A stretch of 64,000 bases of DNA from Candidatus Binatia bacterium (GTDB lineage Bacteria > Desulfobacterota > Binatia > UBA9968 > JAJDTQ01), in assembly GCA_963666515.2 (NCBI GenBank), contig OY762897.2, positions 1,408,001-1,472,000 of the forward strand, written 5' to 3'. Of this stretch, positions 18,940 to 29,265 are shown piece after piece. Under the pieces are notes generated by a model. The model saw nothing but the letters and a program-made list of their open reading frames with translations. It was not told where the DNA came from and made no database searches. The translations under genes and the position numbers were made by a program. Numbering within the stretch: the first letter of the stretch is position 1; each line of letters starts with the position of its first letter.

Positions 18940-21198
18940 TTAACGGGTCCTCAACCCCCTCAGAATCCGCTCCGGCGTCATGGGCAGTGTCCGCACGCGC
19001 ACCCCCACCGCGTTGTAGATGGCGTTGGCGATGGCCGGGGCGACCGGGCCGAAGGGCAGCTCGCCGATGCCTTTGGCGCCGTAGGGGCCTTCGGAAGGGT
19101 CGCCCTCGACGAACGCCGCTTCCAGCCGCCTGGGCATGGTGCCGAAGGTGGGGACGCGGTAGTCCACGAAGTTCGGGTTCAGCACCTGGCCGCCGTCGAT
19201 GGCAAGGTCCTCGTACAGCGCGAAGCCCAGCCCCTGGGTGAGGCCGCCCTCGATCTGCTGTTCGACGCCGAGGGGGTTGATGGCTTTGCCCACGTCGTGT
19301 ACCGCCAGGTAGCGCAGCAGTTCCACCGCGCCGGTCTCCGTGTCCACCCGCACCTCTGCCACGTGGCAGCACGCGGCGATGACCGGAGCCGCGGCCTCGT
19401 AGTCGTTGGTGACGAACCGGGTGGCCTCCTCGTCCACGAACGCGCCCTTGCCGATGATAAGCAGGCCCTGGCGGTCGTAGGCTTCCCGCACCACCTCGTC
19501 GAAGGTCGTTTCGCCGCCGGGCTCCACCGTGGACGCCACGCGGTCGCCGGCGAACACGAGGGTCTCGGGAGTTGCGCGCAACATGCCGGCGGCGACCTCC
19601 GCCAGCCGCCGGCGCGCGTCGGCCGCGGCCGCGGCCACGGCGTTGCCGCACACGTAGGTGGTGCGGCTGGCCCAGGTGCCCAGGTCGAAGGGGATCACGT
19701 CGGTATCGTTGTGGAAGATGCGGATGCGGTCCACGGATACGCCGAGCTGCTCGGCCGCGATCTGGGCCATGACGGTGCGGGTGCCGGTGCCGGTGTCGGC
19801 GATGGTGGCGATGATGGCCACGCTGCCGTCGCGATCCACCTTGACGATGGCCTCGGTGGAGTTCTGCCGGTAGTAGCGCAGGCCCGCGCCGGTCTCCGAC
19901 AACACCGCCATGCCGATGCCCGTGCGCGTCGTGCCTTCGGCGGTTCCCTTGCCCGGCCGCATCAGCTCGGTGGCGCGCTCCACGCAGGCGCGCTCGCACG
20001 GCCGCCGCAGGTTCTCGGTGCGAACCGTCACCGGGTGCAGTCCGAGCCGCTCGGCCATGGTCTCCAGGATGGACTCGAAGGCGAAGGTCTCCTCGGCGTG
20101 CCCGAAGCCCCGGTAGGCGGCGCCGGGCGGCTTGTTGGTGTACACCAGCCGGGCGTCCACCGACGTCGCCGGGCGATGGCGGTCGTAGGACGAGAAGAAC
20201 GACATGGTGATGAAGTTGATGGTGGAGATGCCCTTGTCGTTGTAGGCGCCGTTGTCGCCGAGAACTTCCAGGTGCTTGGCGCGGATGACGCCGTCCCGGG
20301 TGCAGCCCAGCCTGAGCTTGAAGCGGTAGGCGTAGCGGGCGCCGGCGCAGCGGAACTCCTCGTCCCGGGTGTTGACGATGCGCACGGGCCGCCCCCCCGA
20401 CTTGCGGGACAGGGTCGCGGCGATGGGCACCATGACGTTCATCACCAGCCGGGCGCCGAACCCGCCGCCGGTTTCGGGCTGGATCACGCGCACCAGCCGC
20501 TGGGGGATATCCAGGGTGCGGGCGATCTCGGCGCGCAGGGTGTGCGGCGCCTGGGTCTGGTGCCACACGGTGAGCTGGCCGGTGGCGCCGTACTGGGCGA
20601 TGCAGCCGCGGTTCTCCATCACCGCATGGGACTGGCGCGCGGTTTCGAACTCCTCCTCCACCACGATGTCACAGTCGGCGAAGGCGGCCACGACGTCGCC
20701 TTTCGCCTTGTGCACCTCGTAGGCCAGGTTGCCGCCGTCGTGGACCTCGGGAGAATCCGGCGACAGCGCGGCCTCCAGGTCCAGCACCGGTTCCAGGGGC
20801 TCGTAGTCCACCTCGATGAGGCGCGCGGCCTCCTCCGCGGTGCGCTCGTCCAGCGCCGCCACCGCCGCCACCTCGTCGCCGGCGTAGCGCACCGTGCGGC
20901 CGGGCGCGCACAACGGCACCTTGTCCGCGAACTCCGGCACGAAGCTGAACTCGATGTCGGGCATGTCGGCCGCGGTGATGACCGCAACCACGCCGGGCAG
21001 CCGCTCCGCCCGGGAGGTATCGATGCCGCGGATCCTGGCATGGGGAAGGGGGCTGCGGCAGATCTTGCCGTACAGCATCCCCGGCGCGTGGAGGTCCTCC
21101 AGGTAGCGCGCTTCGGCGGTAACCTTCGCCGCGCCTTCAACGGCAGGCGTCGGCTGTCCGATGATGTTGAGCGTACGCCGTTCCGCGGGCAGTTCCAT
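18940..21198 (-). CDS. Xanthine dehydrogenase family molybdopterin-binding large subunit
   Basis: RSPLPHARI, GGGFGAR, AYRGFG, DLGTWASR, INPLGVEQQIEGG, YGAKGIGE. Confidence 0.92.
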   Translation of the reverse strand: MELPAERRTLNIIGQPTPAVEGAAKVTAEARYLEDLHAPGMLYGKICRSPLPHARIRGIDTSRAERLPGVVAVITAADMPDIEFSFVPEFADKVPLCAPGRTVRYAGDEVAAVAALDERTAEEAARLIEVDYEPLEPVLDLEAALSPDSPEVHDGGNLAYEVHKAKGDVVAAFADCDIVVEEEFETARQSHAVMENRGCIAQYGATGQLTVWHQTQAPHTLRAEIARTLDIPQRLVRVIQPETGGGFGARLVMNVMVPIAATLSRKSGGRPVRIVNTRDEEFRCAGARYAYRFKLRLGCTRDGVIRAKHLEVLGDNGAYNDKGISTINFITMSFFSSYDRHRPATSVDARLVYTNKPPGAAYRGFGHAEETFAFESILETMAERLGLHPVTVRTENLRRPCERACVERATELMRPGKGTAEGTTRTGIGMAVLSETGAGLRYYRQNSTEAIVKVDRDGSVAIIATIADTGTGTRTVMAQIAAEQLGVSVDRIRIFHNDTDVIPFDLGTWASRTTYVCGNAVAAAAADARRRLAEVAAGMLRATPETLVFAGDRVASTVEPGGETTFDEVVREAYDRQGLLIIGKGAFVDEEATRFVTNDYEAAAPVIAACCHVAEVRVDTETGAVELLRYLAVHDVGKAINPLGVEQQIEGGLTQGLGFALYEDLAIDGGQVLNPNFVDYRVPTFGTMPRRLEAAFVEGDPSEGPYGAKGIGELPFGPVAPAIANAIYNAVGVRVRTLPMTPERILRGLRTR

Positions 21199-21377
21199 GG
21201 TCGAAGAATCGCAGAAAACCGGCTTGCATTCCAGACCGGATGTGGAATAGGCTTTGTTTCCTTGGAAGAATGGTCTGTTGGCCGCAAGGGATTACGGGCG
21301 GTGCCCCTTCCCGCCGGAGTCGCACAAGATCCTCACGACGCCCCGTCCAGCAGTCGAGTCAAACGGAGGTTACCTTC

Positions 21378-23111
21378 ATGAGTGACAAGAAGATTCTGAG
21401 CCGCGACAAGCGGCGCTATACGCTGCCGTCGGAGCGAGCCCTCGGCGCCGAGACGCACAGCTATCTGCCGGAACTGTGCGATCAGCTTCGCACCAGCAAG
21501 ATCACCCGGCGCGACTTCCTGCGTCAGGCGGCGCTCTTGGGCATGACGGCCGGCGTGGCGTATGCCACCGCCGACAGGCTCATCGGCGGCGCCCTGGTTC
21601 CGACCGTGCAGGCGGCGACGCCGAAGCCCGGCGGGACGCTCCGAGTCTCCATGCGCATTCAGGAGGTGACCGATCCGGCGAGCTTCGACTGGACCGAGAA
21701 ATCCAACGTTGCGCGCTTCCTGGTGGAGCACCTGACCCGGACAAAGGCGGACAACGTCACGGTGCCCTATCTCGCCAGCAAGTGGGAAGCATCCGACGAC
21801 CTCAAGACCTGGGTGTTCCATCTCCGTAAAGACGTCACTTGGTCCAACGGCGACAAGTTCACCTCCGCGGACGTCGCCCACACGGTCAACCGCTGGCTCG
21901 ACCCCAAGACCGGCTCCTCGAACCTGGGCCTCTTCGGCGCCATGGTGGAGACCGTGAAAGGTCCGGACGGCAAGCCGATGAAGCGCGGCATCGCCAACGC
22001 GGTCGAGGTCATCGACGACCACACCATCAAGTTCAACCTCAAGCAGGCCGCCCTGGCCATGCCGGAGAACTTCTACAACTATCCCACCGCCATCGTGCAC
22101 CGGGGCTTCGGCAAGGACTACGCCGCCGACCTCTCCAAGAACCCCATCGGCACCGGCCCCATGAAGCTGGAGGCGTTCGCGGTCGGCGAGAGGGCGATTT
22201 TCAAGAAGGCACGGAAATGGTGGGCCGGACCGTTCTACCTGGACGAGATCCACTACTTCGATCATGGTGAGGACACCAATGCCTGGATCGCGGCCTTGGC
22301 GTCGCAGCAGGTGGACATGGTCTTCCGCGTGCCCAACCAGGCCATCGACACGATCAAGCGGTTGCCTTTCGTGGAGCTTCACGAGGCCACGACGGCGCAG
22401 ACCGCGGTCATGCGTTTCCGCGTCAGCGAGAAGCCCTTCGACAACCTCAAGCTCCGCCAGGCCATCGCCGCCTGCATGGACCACAAGGAGATCCTGGACA
22501 AGGCGTTCAAGGGCCTCGGCCAGATCGCCGAGAACCACCACGTCTGTCCCATCCATCCGGAGTACGCGGCGCTGCCGCCGCTCAAGCGGGACGTGGAGAA
22601 GGCCAAGAAACTGCTGGCCGAAGCGGGCTACCCCAAGGGCATCACCGTCGAGATCGCCAACGGCGACACCGAGGGCCCATGGATGACGGACGCCTGCGCG
22701 ATCTTCAAGAACCAGCTCGCGCCCGCGGGCATCAACCTGAAGATCAACAAGATGCCGGCCAACCAGTACTGGGAGGTCTGGGACAAGGCGCCCTGGGGCT
22801 ACACCGCGTGGACGCACCGTCCGCTCGGCACCATGGTGCTGGGCCTCGGCTACCGCGCCGGCGTGCCCTGGAACGAGACCGCCTACAACAACCCCAAGTT
22901 CGACGCTGCCCTCGACGAGGCCGAGGCCACCCTCGACGTCAACGAGCGCAAGAAGAAGATGGCCGTCTGCGAGAAGATACTCCAGGACGACGCCATCATC
23001 CCGCAGCCCTTCTGGCGCTCGGTCTTCAAGGCGGCGAACAAGCGGGTCAAGGGGCACCAGACCCACCCGACGCTGTATCACCAGTTCCATAACGTGTGGC
23101 TGGAAGGTTAG
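21378..23111 (+). CDS. Peptide/nickel ABC transporter substrate-binding protein (Tat signal)
   Basis: ITRRDFLR twin-arginine motif, WVFHLRKDVTWSNG, PIGTGP; GGAGG RBS before ATG 21378. Confidence 0.9.
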   Translation: MSDKKILSRDKRRYTLPSERALGAETHSYLPELCDQLRTSKITRRDFLRQAALLGMTAGVAYATADRLIGGALVPTVQAATPKPGGTLRVSMRIQEVTDPASFDWTEKSNVARFLVEHLTRTKADNVTVPYLASKWEASDDLKTWVFHLRKDVTWSNGDKFTSADVAHTVNRWLDPKTGSSNLGLFGAMVETVKGPDGKPMKRGIANAVEVIDDHTIKFNLKQAALAMPENFYNYPTAIVHRGFGKDYAADLSKNPIGTGPMKLEAFAVGERAIFKKARKWWAGPFYLDEIHYFDHGEDTNAWIAALASQQVDMVFRVPNQAIDTIKRLPFVELHEATTAQTAVMRFRVSEKPFDNLKLRQAIAACMDHKEILDKAFKGLGQIAENHHVCPIHPEYAALPPLKRDVEKAKKLLAEAGYPKGITVEIANGDTEGPWMTDACAIFKNQLAPAGINLKINKMPANQYWEVWDKAPWGYTAWTHRPLGTMVLGLGYRAGVPWNETAYNNPKFDAALDEAEATLDVNERKKKMAVCEKILQDDAIIPQPFWRSVFKAANKRVKGHQTHPTLYHQFHNVWLEG

Positions 23112-23134
23112 GCAGCCACACTGCGGTGGACCCC

Positions 23135-23162
23135 GTAGGGGCGGCCGGCCGGCCGCCCCTAC
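23135..23162. repeat. Perfect 28-bp GTAG-type palindrome
   Basis: GTAGGGGCGGCCGGCCGGCCGCCCCTAC is its own reverse complement; lies between the SBP and permease genes. Confidence 0.75.
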
Positions 23163-23223
23163 CCGCGCCCTTCCCGATTGACCGGGGTGTGCAAGCCACG
23201 ACTAGAGAGCAGCGGAGACTGAC

Positions 23224-24156
23224 ATGCCACAACTGATCCTGCGCCGCGTCGGCATGATGATCCTCATCATGCTGGTGGTGGCGCTGCTTCTTTTCCTCAT
23301 GAACGAGGGCGATCCCCGGCTCATCGCGCGCAGCGTCCTGGGACCCTATGCCCAGGACCAGCAGCTCGACGCCTGGATCGCCCAGCACGGCTACGACCGG
23401 CCCATCCTGGTGCGTTACGTCGAATGGATCGGCCGGGTGCTGTCCGGCGACCTCGGCGACTCCATCATCTACAAGCGGCCGGTCAACGAGATATTCTGGG
23501 ACCGCCTCGGCAACACCGGCATCCTCGCCGGCGTCACTTTCGTGGTCATGGTCATCGTGGCGCTGACCCTGGGCGTGCTGGCCGGCATGAAGGAAGGCTC
23601 CACCCAGGACCGGGTGATCTCGGTCTTCTCCATCACCACCACCTCGATACCGGAATACGCCAGCGCGGTGCTGCTGGCCTGGATCTTCGTCTTCGGGCTC
23701 GGCTGGTTGCCGGGCACTTCGTCCATGGTGTCGGGGTTCAACGTGGTGGAGCTGATCCTGCCGGTGATGGTGCTGACCCTGTACGGTTTCGGCTACGTGG
23801 CGCGGATGACACGGGCCTCCATGGCGGAGGTCATGACCAACCACTACATCCGCACCGCCATGCTCAAAGGGCTGCCCTACCGGCACATCATCATGAAGCA
23901 CGCGCTCAGGAACGCGCTCATCGCTCCGTTCACGGTCATCATGCTGCAGATCAACTGGCTGCTGTCGGGGGTGGTGGTGACGGAGTTCGCCTTCGGCTAC
24001 AAGGGGTTCGGCGCGCTGCTGCTGGAAGCGGCGCTGCGCCGGGACATCTTCGTGATCGAAGCCTGCGGCACCGCGGCGGTGTTCGTGGCCGTCTTCACCC
24101 AGACCATCGGCGACCTCGGGTACACCTACCTGAACCCGAGAATCCGGTTCAAGTGA
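23224..24156 (+). CDS. ABC peptide transporter permease (DppB-like)
   Basis: GDLGDS, RMTRASM...YIRTAMLKGL...HALRNA, LNPRIR. Confidence 0.92.
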   Translation: MPQLILRRVGMMILIMLVVALLLFLMNEGDPRLIARSVLGPYAQDQQLDAWIAQHGYDRPILVRYVEWIGRVLSGDLGDSIIYKRPVNEIFWDRLGNTGILAGVTFVVMVIVALTLGVLAGMKEGSTQDRVISVFSITTTSIPEYASAVLLAWIFVFGLGWLPGTSSMVSGFNVVELILPVMVLTLYGFGYVARMTRASMAEVMTNHYIRTAMLKGLPYRHIIMKHALRNALIAPFTVIMLQINWLLSGVVVTEFAFGYKGFGALLLEAALRRDIFVIEACGTAAVFVAVFTQTIGDLGYTYLNPRIRFK

Positions 24157-24166
24157 GGAGGGGATC

Positions 24167-25060
24167 ATGGCTGCGAGTACCACTGATACACCTCTGGTCA
24201 GGCCGGATTCGAGCATCGTGAACGCCGTCAAGGCGGTCGCCCTCCTGCGGGAGAGCCCCGTAGGCATGGTGGGCGCGTTGATCGTCGTCTTCTTCGTCCT
24301 GCTGGCGATCTTCGCGCCGCTGGTGGCGCCCTTCGACCCCAACGCGACGATCCTGCCCTTCGCCTTCCCGGGCACCGCGGCCCCGGACGGCGGCGTGTTC
24401 CTGTTCGGCACCGACCATCTCGGACGCGACATCCTTTCGCGCATCATCTGGGGCGGACAGCGGGTGCTGTTCTACGCCACGGTGGCGACCATTTCCGCCT
24501 ATATCGTCGGGATCATCATGGGCCTGGCCGCGGGTTACTTCCGCGGCTACCTGGACGAGATCATCTCGTTCTTCGCCAACGTGATCCTCTCGTTCCCGAT
24601 CATGGTCCTGTACGTGCTGATCATCGCCAAGGTCGGCGCCTCGGGGCTCAACATCATCTTCGCGGTGGTGTTCGCGTCCGCGCCGGGCATCATGCGCATC
24701 GTGCGCGGGGTGACCATGGACATCGCCACCCGCGACTACATCGCCGCTTCGCAGACCCGCGGCGAGGGGCCCTGGTACATCATGCTGGTGGAGATCCTGC
24801 CCAACGCCCGCAGCCCGCTGATCGTCGATTTCTGCCTGCGCATGGGCTACACGACCATCACCATCGGCGCGCTGGGGTTCCTGGGGCTCGGACTGCCGCC
24901 GCCGGACCCGGACTGGGGCGGCATGATCACCGAGACCCGCGCCTTCGTGACGGGCGGCTTCCCTCACATGGCGATCCTGCCCGCGTGCGCGGTGTCCCTG
25001 CTGGTGCTGGGCTTCAACCTGCTGGCCGACGGCCTGCGCGAAGTGTCCTTGAAGGACTAG
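24167..25060 (+). CDS. ABC peptide transporter permease (DppC-like)
   Basis: FGTDHLGRDILSR, LGFLGLG...PDWG, FNLLADGLR. Confidence 0.92.
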   Translation: MAASTTDTPLVRPDSSIVNAVKAVALLRESPVGMVGALIVVFFVLLAIFAPLVAPFDPNATILPFAFPGTAAPDGGVFLFGTDHLGRDILSRIIWGGQRVLFYATVATISAYIVGIIMGLAAGYFRGYLDEIISFFANVILSFPIMVLYVLIIAKVGASGLNIIFAVVFASAPGIMRIVRGVTMDIATRDYIAASQTRGEGPWYIMLVEILPNARSPLIVDFCLRMGYTTITIGALGFLGLGLPPPDPDWGGMITETRAFVTGGFPHMAILPACAVSLLVLGFNLLADGLREVSLKD

Positions 25061-25070
25061 GAGGAACGTG

Positions 25071-27209
25071 ATGGCTGATCACAACGGACAAGGCAACGGA
25101 AGCGGCGAGGCGCCGGTCCTGGAGATCTCCGGTCTCCGGCTCAGCTACTACACCCGGGCCGGGGAGATCCCCGCGGTCATGGACTTCGACCTCACCATCC
25201 AGAAGGGCGAGTCCGTCGGCCTGGTGGGCGAGTCCGGCTGCGGGAAATCGACGGTGGCCAACGGCATCATGCGCTACATGGGCAAGAACGGCGGCATCGT
25301 CGGCGGCACCATCAAGTTCCAGGGCCGAGACATGGCCGAGCTGACCGAGGAGGAGATCCGGCGTGTCCGGGGCAAGGACATCTCGATGATCTACCAGGAG
25401 CCCATGGCCGCGCTCAATCCGAGCATGACCATCGCCGCGCAGCTCATGGAAGTGCCGATGATCCACGAGGGCGTGAGCGAGGAGGAGGCCTTCCAGCGCT
25501 CCTTCGACATGCTGGCGGCCGTGAACATCCCGGACCCGAAACGGCTCATGGACTCCTACCCGCACCAGGTCTCCGGCGGCCAGCAGCAGCGGGTGGTCAT
25601 CGCCATGGCGCTGCTGTCGCGTCCGGCGCTGCTGTTGCTGGACGAGCCCACCACGGCCCTGGACGTCACGGTGGAAGCCGGGATCGTGGAGCTGATCGCC
25701 GAGTTGAGCAAGGAATCCGGCGCGTCATTGCTCTACATCTCCCACAACCTTGGCCTGATGCTGGAGGTCTGTGACCGCATCTGCGTCATGTACTCCGGCG
25801 AGGTGGTGGAGGAAGGCCACATCGATTCGATCTTCTCCTGGCCCAAGCACCCCTACACCCACGGGCTGTTCGGCTGCATCCCGCTGCCGCACGCCGACAA
25901 GAACGCGCGTCCGCTGACCGCCATCAAGGGGCAGCTCCCGTTGCCGCACCAACGGCCCAAGGGCTGCTATTTCGGACCCCGCTGCGAGTTCTTCGAGCCC
26001 GGACGCTGCGACGACGACCACATTCCCATGGAGGGCGTGCACACCGACGACGATCCCGCGCACCGGGTGCGCTGCCTGCGGTGGGACGAGATCGACCACG
26101 ACAAGGCCATCCAGCCCGACACGACCCGGGAGCCCATCGAGGTGGGCGAGACGGTCCTCGAAGTCGACAACATGCGCAAGTACTACGACGTCAAGGAGAG
26201 CACCCTGGCGGCGCTCATCTCCCAGGAATCCGTGCGTCAGGTGAAGGCCAACGAAAGCATCAGCTTCGACGCGGGAGAAGGGGAGACCGTGGCCATTGTC
26301 GGCGAGTCGGGCTGCGGCAAGTCCACCTTCGCCAAGGTGCTGATGGGCCTCGAGACCGCCACCGACGGCGAGGTGCGCCTGGACGGAACCGACCTGGGCA
26401 GCATCGAGGTCAAGAAACGCACGCCGGAGCAGCTTGCGTCCTTGCAGATGGTGTTCCAGAACCCCAACGACACGCTCAACCCGTCGCACTCCGTCGGCTA
26501 CCAGATCGGCCGGGTCATCAAGCGCTTCGGCATCGAGTCCGATCCGGCGAAGATACAGGAACGGGTGCACAAGTTGCTGGATACGGTGAAGCTGCCGCGG
26601 GCCTTCGCGCACCGCAAGCCGCGCCAGCTCTCCGGCGGCCAGAAGCAGCGGGTGGGCATCGCCCGCGCCTTTGCCGGCAACCCCAAGACCGTCATCGCCG
26701 ACGAGCCCATTTCCGCGCTGGACGTGTCCGTGGCCGCGGCCGTGACCGAGTTGCTGATGGACATCCAGCGCGAGCATCGCACCACGCTCCTGTTCATCAG
26801 CCACGACCTGTCCGCGGTTCGATATCTTTCCGACCGCGTGGTGGTGATGTACCTGGGGCAGATCATGGAGCGGGGGACCACCGAAGAAGTCTTCGCGCCG
26901 CCGTACCATCCGTACACCGAGGCGCTGCTGTCGGCGGTGCCCATCGCCGACCCGGAGGTGGAGAAGCGTCGCATCGTGCTGGAAGGGAACCTGCCGAGCC
27001 CCCTGGACCCGCCCAAGGGATGCCCGTTCTCCACCCGCTGCCAGCGAAAGGTCGGCAGCATCTGCGACGACGAGCCGCCCCCGGTGCAACTCGACGGCGA
27101 GGGCCATTCCATCGCCTGCCACATCCCGCTGGAGGAACTGCGCGAGGTGGAGCCGGTGATCACCATCCCGGACCGGGACCTGGAGACGCCGGCGCCGACG
27201 CAGGCGTGA
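25071..27209 (+). CDS. Fused double ABC ATPase (DppD/DppF-like)
   Basis: Two GESGCGKST Walker A motifs, two SGGQ signatures, HPYT and Cys-rich C-terminal domains. Confidence 0.93.
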   Translation: MADHNGQGNGSGEAPVLEISGLRLSYYTRAGEIPAVMDFDLTIQKGESVGLVGESGCGKSTVANGIMRYMGKNGGIVGGTIKFQGRDMAELTEEEIRRVRGKDISMIYQEPMAALNPSMTIAAQLMEVPMIHEGVSEEEAFQRSFDMLAAVNIPDPKRLMDSYPHQVSGGQQQRVVIAMALLSRPALLLLDEPTTALDVTVEAGIVELIAELSKESGASLLYISHNLGLMLEVCDRICVMYSGEVVEEGHIDSIFSWPKHPYTHGLFGCIPLPHADKNARPLTAIKGQLPLPHQRPKGCYFGPRCEFFEPGRCDDDHIPMEGVHTDDDPAHRVRCLRWDEIDHDKAIQPDTTREPIEVGETVLEVDNMRKYYDVKESTLAALISQESVRQVKANESISFDAGEGETVAIVGESGCGKSTFAKVLMGLETATDGEVRLDGTDLGSIEVKKRTPEQLASLQMVFQNPNDTLNPSHSVGYQIGRVIKRFGIESDPAKIQERVHKLLDTVKLPRAFAHRKPRQLSGGQKQRVGIARAFAGNPKTVIADEPISALDVSVAAAVTELLMDIQREHRTTLLFISHDLSAVRYLSDRVVVMYLGQIMERGTTEEVFAPPYHPYTEALLSAVPIADPEVEKRRIVLEGNLPSPLDPPKGCPFSTRCQRKVGSICDDEPPPVQLDGEGHSIACHIPLEELREVEPVITIPDRDLETPAPTQA

Positions 27210-27369
27210 GGGAGGGTAGTCCGGGCCGGGCTTGAACTTCCCCGCGCGCGGTCGTTGGGGTCTGCACAAATCGCTCTGTGTGTGCCTTTTTCGTCGCATG
27301 GCCGAGTGACGGAATGACGTATGCCTTCTCCAGGGAAGAGGGACTCTGGAGGTCCGACCACACCAAATC

Positions 27370-29265
27370 ATGATCCGGGCAGACGAATTCAAGATATGGC
27401 TTGAGGAACGTGGCGCGAAGTCCTCTGGCGCACGGAGTTCACGTACTTCCGCACTTGGAAGGATCGAAAAGAAATTGGAAGAGCTTGGAATGCCCTTCCC
27501 GGATCTGGATACAGCCTGGAAAGAAGATCGTTTCGAGTCACTAATTGAACGCCTGCAGCGGATGCGGGAGGATGCAGGCCATGGCGGACAGGACTATCGG
27601 ATACTTATGCCGCAGTCCAAGGACCCCCTCAACCGGCTGTCAACCTGGAACGGCTACTTGAAGCGATATGGCCAGTTCCTCGAAGGTGAGTCACCAGGAC
27701 CAACCCAACAGCTTGAGCCAAAGGCCATGCCGATTGAGCCCATGAACCTCATCCTCCACGGACCGCCCGGCACCGGCAAGACGTTTCTCACAGCCGCGGA
27801 AGCCGTGAGCTTGTGCGGAGAACAAGTACCTGGGGATCGCGATGCACTGATGGAGACCTATCGCCACCTTGTCGCGATGGGACGCATCGAGTTCGTCACC
27901 TTCCACCAGTCGATGTCCTACGAGGATTTCGTGGAAGGCCGTCAGCCGATGACCGAGTCGGACGAAGACGGCGATACTTCTTCCGCTGGCTTCCGGTTGG
28001 AGACCGTTCCCGGCATCTTCCGTCGCATCGCGAAACCTGCCGAGACGAGCCGGGGCCGGTCGCCCGGAGACGAACAGATCGCCATCGTAGACCGGCAGGT
28101 ATTCAAGATGTCGATCGGCGTAGCGAACGACCCCGAAGACGCACATCTTTTCGAAGAAGCCATCGACGGCGGCTACGCGCTGCTCGGTTGGGGAGACATC
28201 GATTGGAGCGATGACAGGTACGCCGAACGGGAGGCTATCATCAAGGCTTGGGAGACAAAGGGCCGCAACGACCTCAACGCTCGGTCTGGGGAGGTCCAGA
28301 TGCCCTTTATCTTCCGCAACTGGGTGCGCAAGGGCGACCTCGTGATCGTGTCGAAGGGCAATTCACTGTTCAGGGCGATCGGTGAATTCACCAGTGATTA
28401 CGAATACCATCCCCGGGCAGAGGGTGGCTATGCCCATCGACGTGCCGTACGCTGGCACTGGATAGATCGCCAGGGCGTGCCCGTCAGCGAGATTTACAAG
28501 CGATACTTCTCGAGGAAGGCAATCCACATGCTTTACGAAACGGAGCTTAACATTCCTGCGCTGGAGCGTTACCTGCACAGCCAGCACGCGGAAGACCCGG
28601 CCGAGCCGGAACACTTCGTTTTGATCATCGACGAAATCAATCGCGCCAACATCTCGAAAGTCTTCGGAGAGCTGATCACGCTCCTCGAACCGGACAAGCG
28701 CCTTGGCCAGCCGAATGCGCTGAAGGTCCGCCTACCATACTCCGGCGATGAATTCGGGGTACCTTCGAACCTGCACATCCTGGGTACGATGAACACCGCG
28801 GACCGGTCGATCGCGCTGCTGGATACGGCCCTGCGCCGCCGTTTCACCTTCCGCGAAATGATGCCCGAACCATCCCTACTCGACGAGGCAGCCGAAAAAT
28901 CCGGGCTCGACCTGCCGCGAATCCTCGACTCTCTCAATGAACGGATCGAGTACTTCTATGACCGCGAACACCAGATAGGGCATGCCTATTTCATTGGTTG
29001 TGCATCAAAGGAGGAAGTGGACGCTGTCATGCGGCACAAGGTGATCCCGCTGCTGGCCGAATACTTCTTCGAGGATTGGGGGAAGATCGCGGCTGTGCTC
29101 GGCGATGCAGCCTCGCATGATGGGGTGATCATCGGCAGGTTCCTCAAGCGGTCGGTGCTCAAGGCGCCGCCTGGGCTCGAGGAGGGCGATGACCTGCCCC
29201 GTTTCCGTTGGGAGGTCCGCTCCGAAGAGGAAGGCTTCGATTACACGCGATTGACCGAAGGATGA
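27370..29265 (+). CDS. mcrB: McrB family GTPase/AAA subunit of a type IV restriction system
   Basis: GPPGTGKT, FVTFHQSMSYEDFVEG, IIDEINRAN, TMNTADRSIA, ALRRRF, IGHAYF. Confidence 0.9.
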   Translation: MIRADEFKIWLEERGAKSSGARSSRTSALGRIEKKLEELGMPFPDLDTAWKEDRFESLIERLQRMREDAGHGGQDYRILMPQSKDPLNRLSTWNGYLKRYGQFLEGESPGPTQQLEPKAMPIEPMNLILHGPPGTGKTFLTAAEAVSLCGEQVPGDRDALMETYRHLVAMGRIEFVTFHQSMSYEDFVEGRQPMTESDEDGDTSSAGFRLETVPGIFRRIAKPAETSRGRSPGDEQIAIVDRQVFKMSIGVANDPEDAHLFEEAIDGGYALLGWGDIDWSDDRYAEREAIIKAWETKGRNDLNARSGEVQMPFIFRNWVRKGDLVIVSKGNSLFRAIGEFTSDYEYHPRAEGGYAHRRAVRWHWIDRQGVPVSEIYKRYFSRKAIHMLYETELNIPALERYLHSQHAEDPAEPEHFVLIIDEINRANISKVFGELITLLEPDKRLGQPNALKVRLPYSGDEFGVPSNLHILGTMNTADRSIALLDTALRRRFTFREMMPEPSLLDEAAEKSGLDLPRILDSLNERIEYFYDREHQIGHAYFIGCASKEEVDAVMRHKVIPLLAEYFFEDWGKIAAVLGDAASHDGVIIGRFLKRSVLKAPPGLEEGDDLPRFRWEVRSEEEGFDYTRLTEG

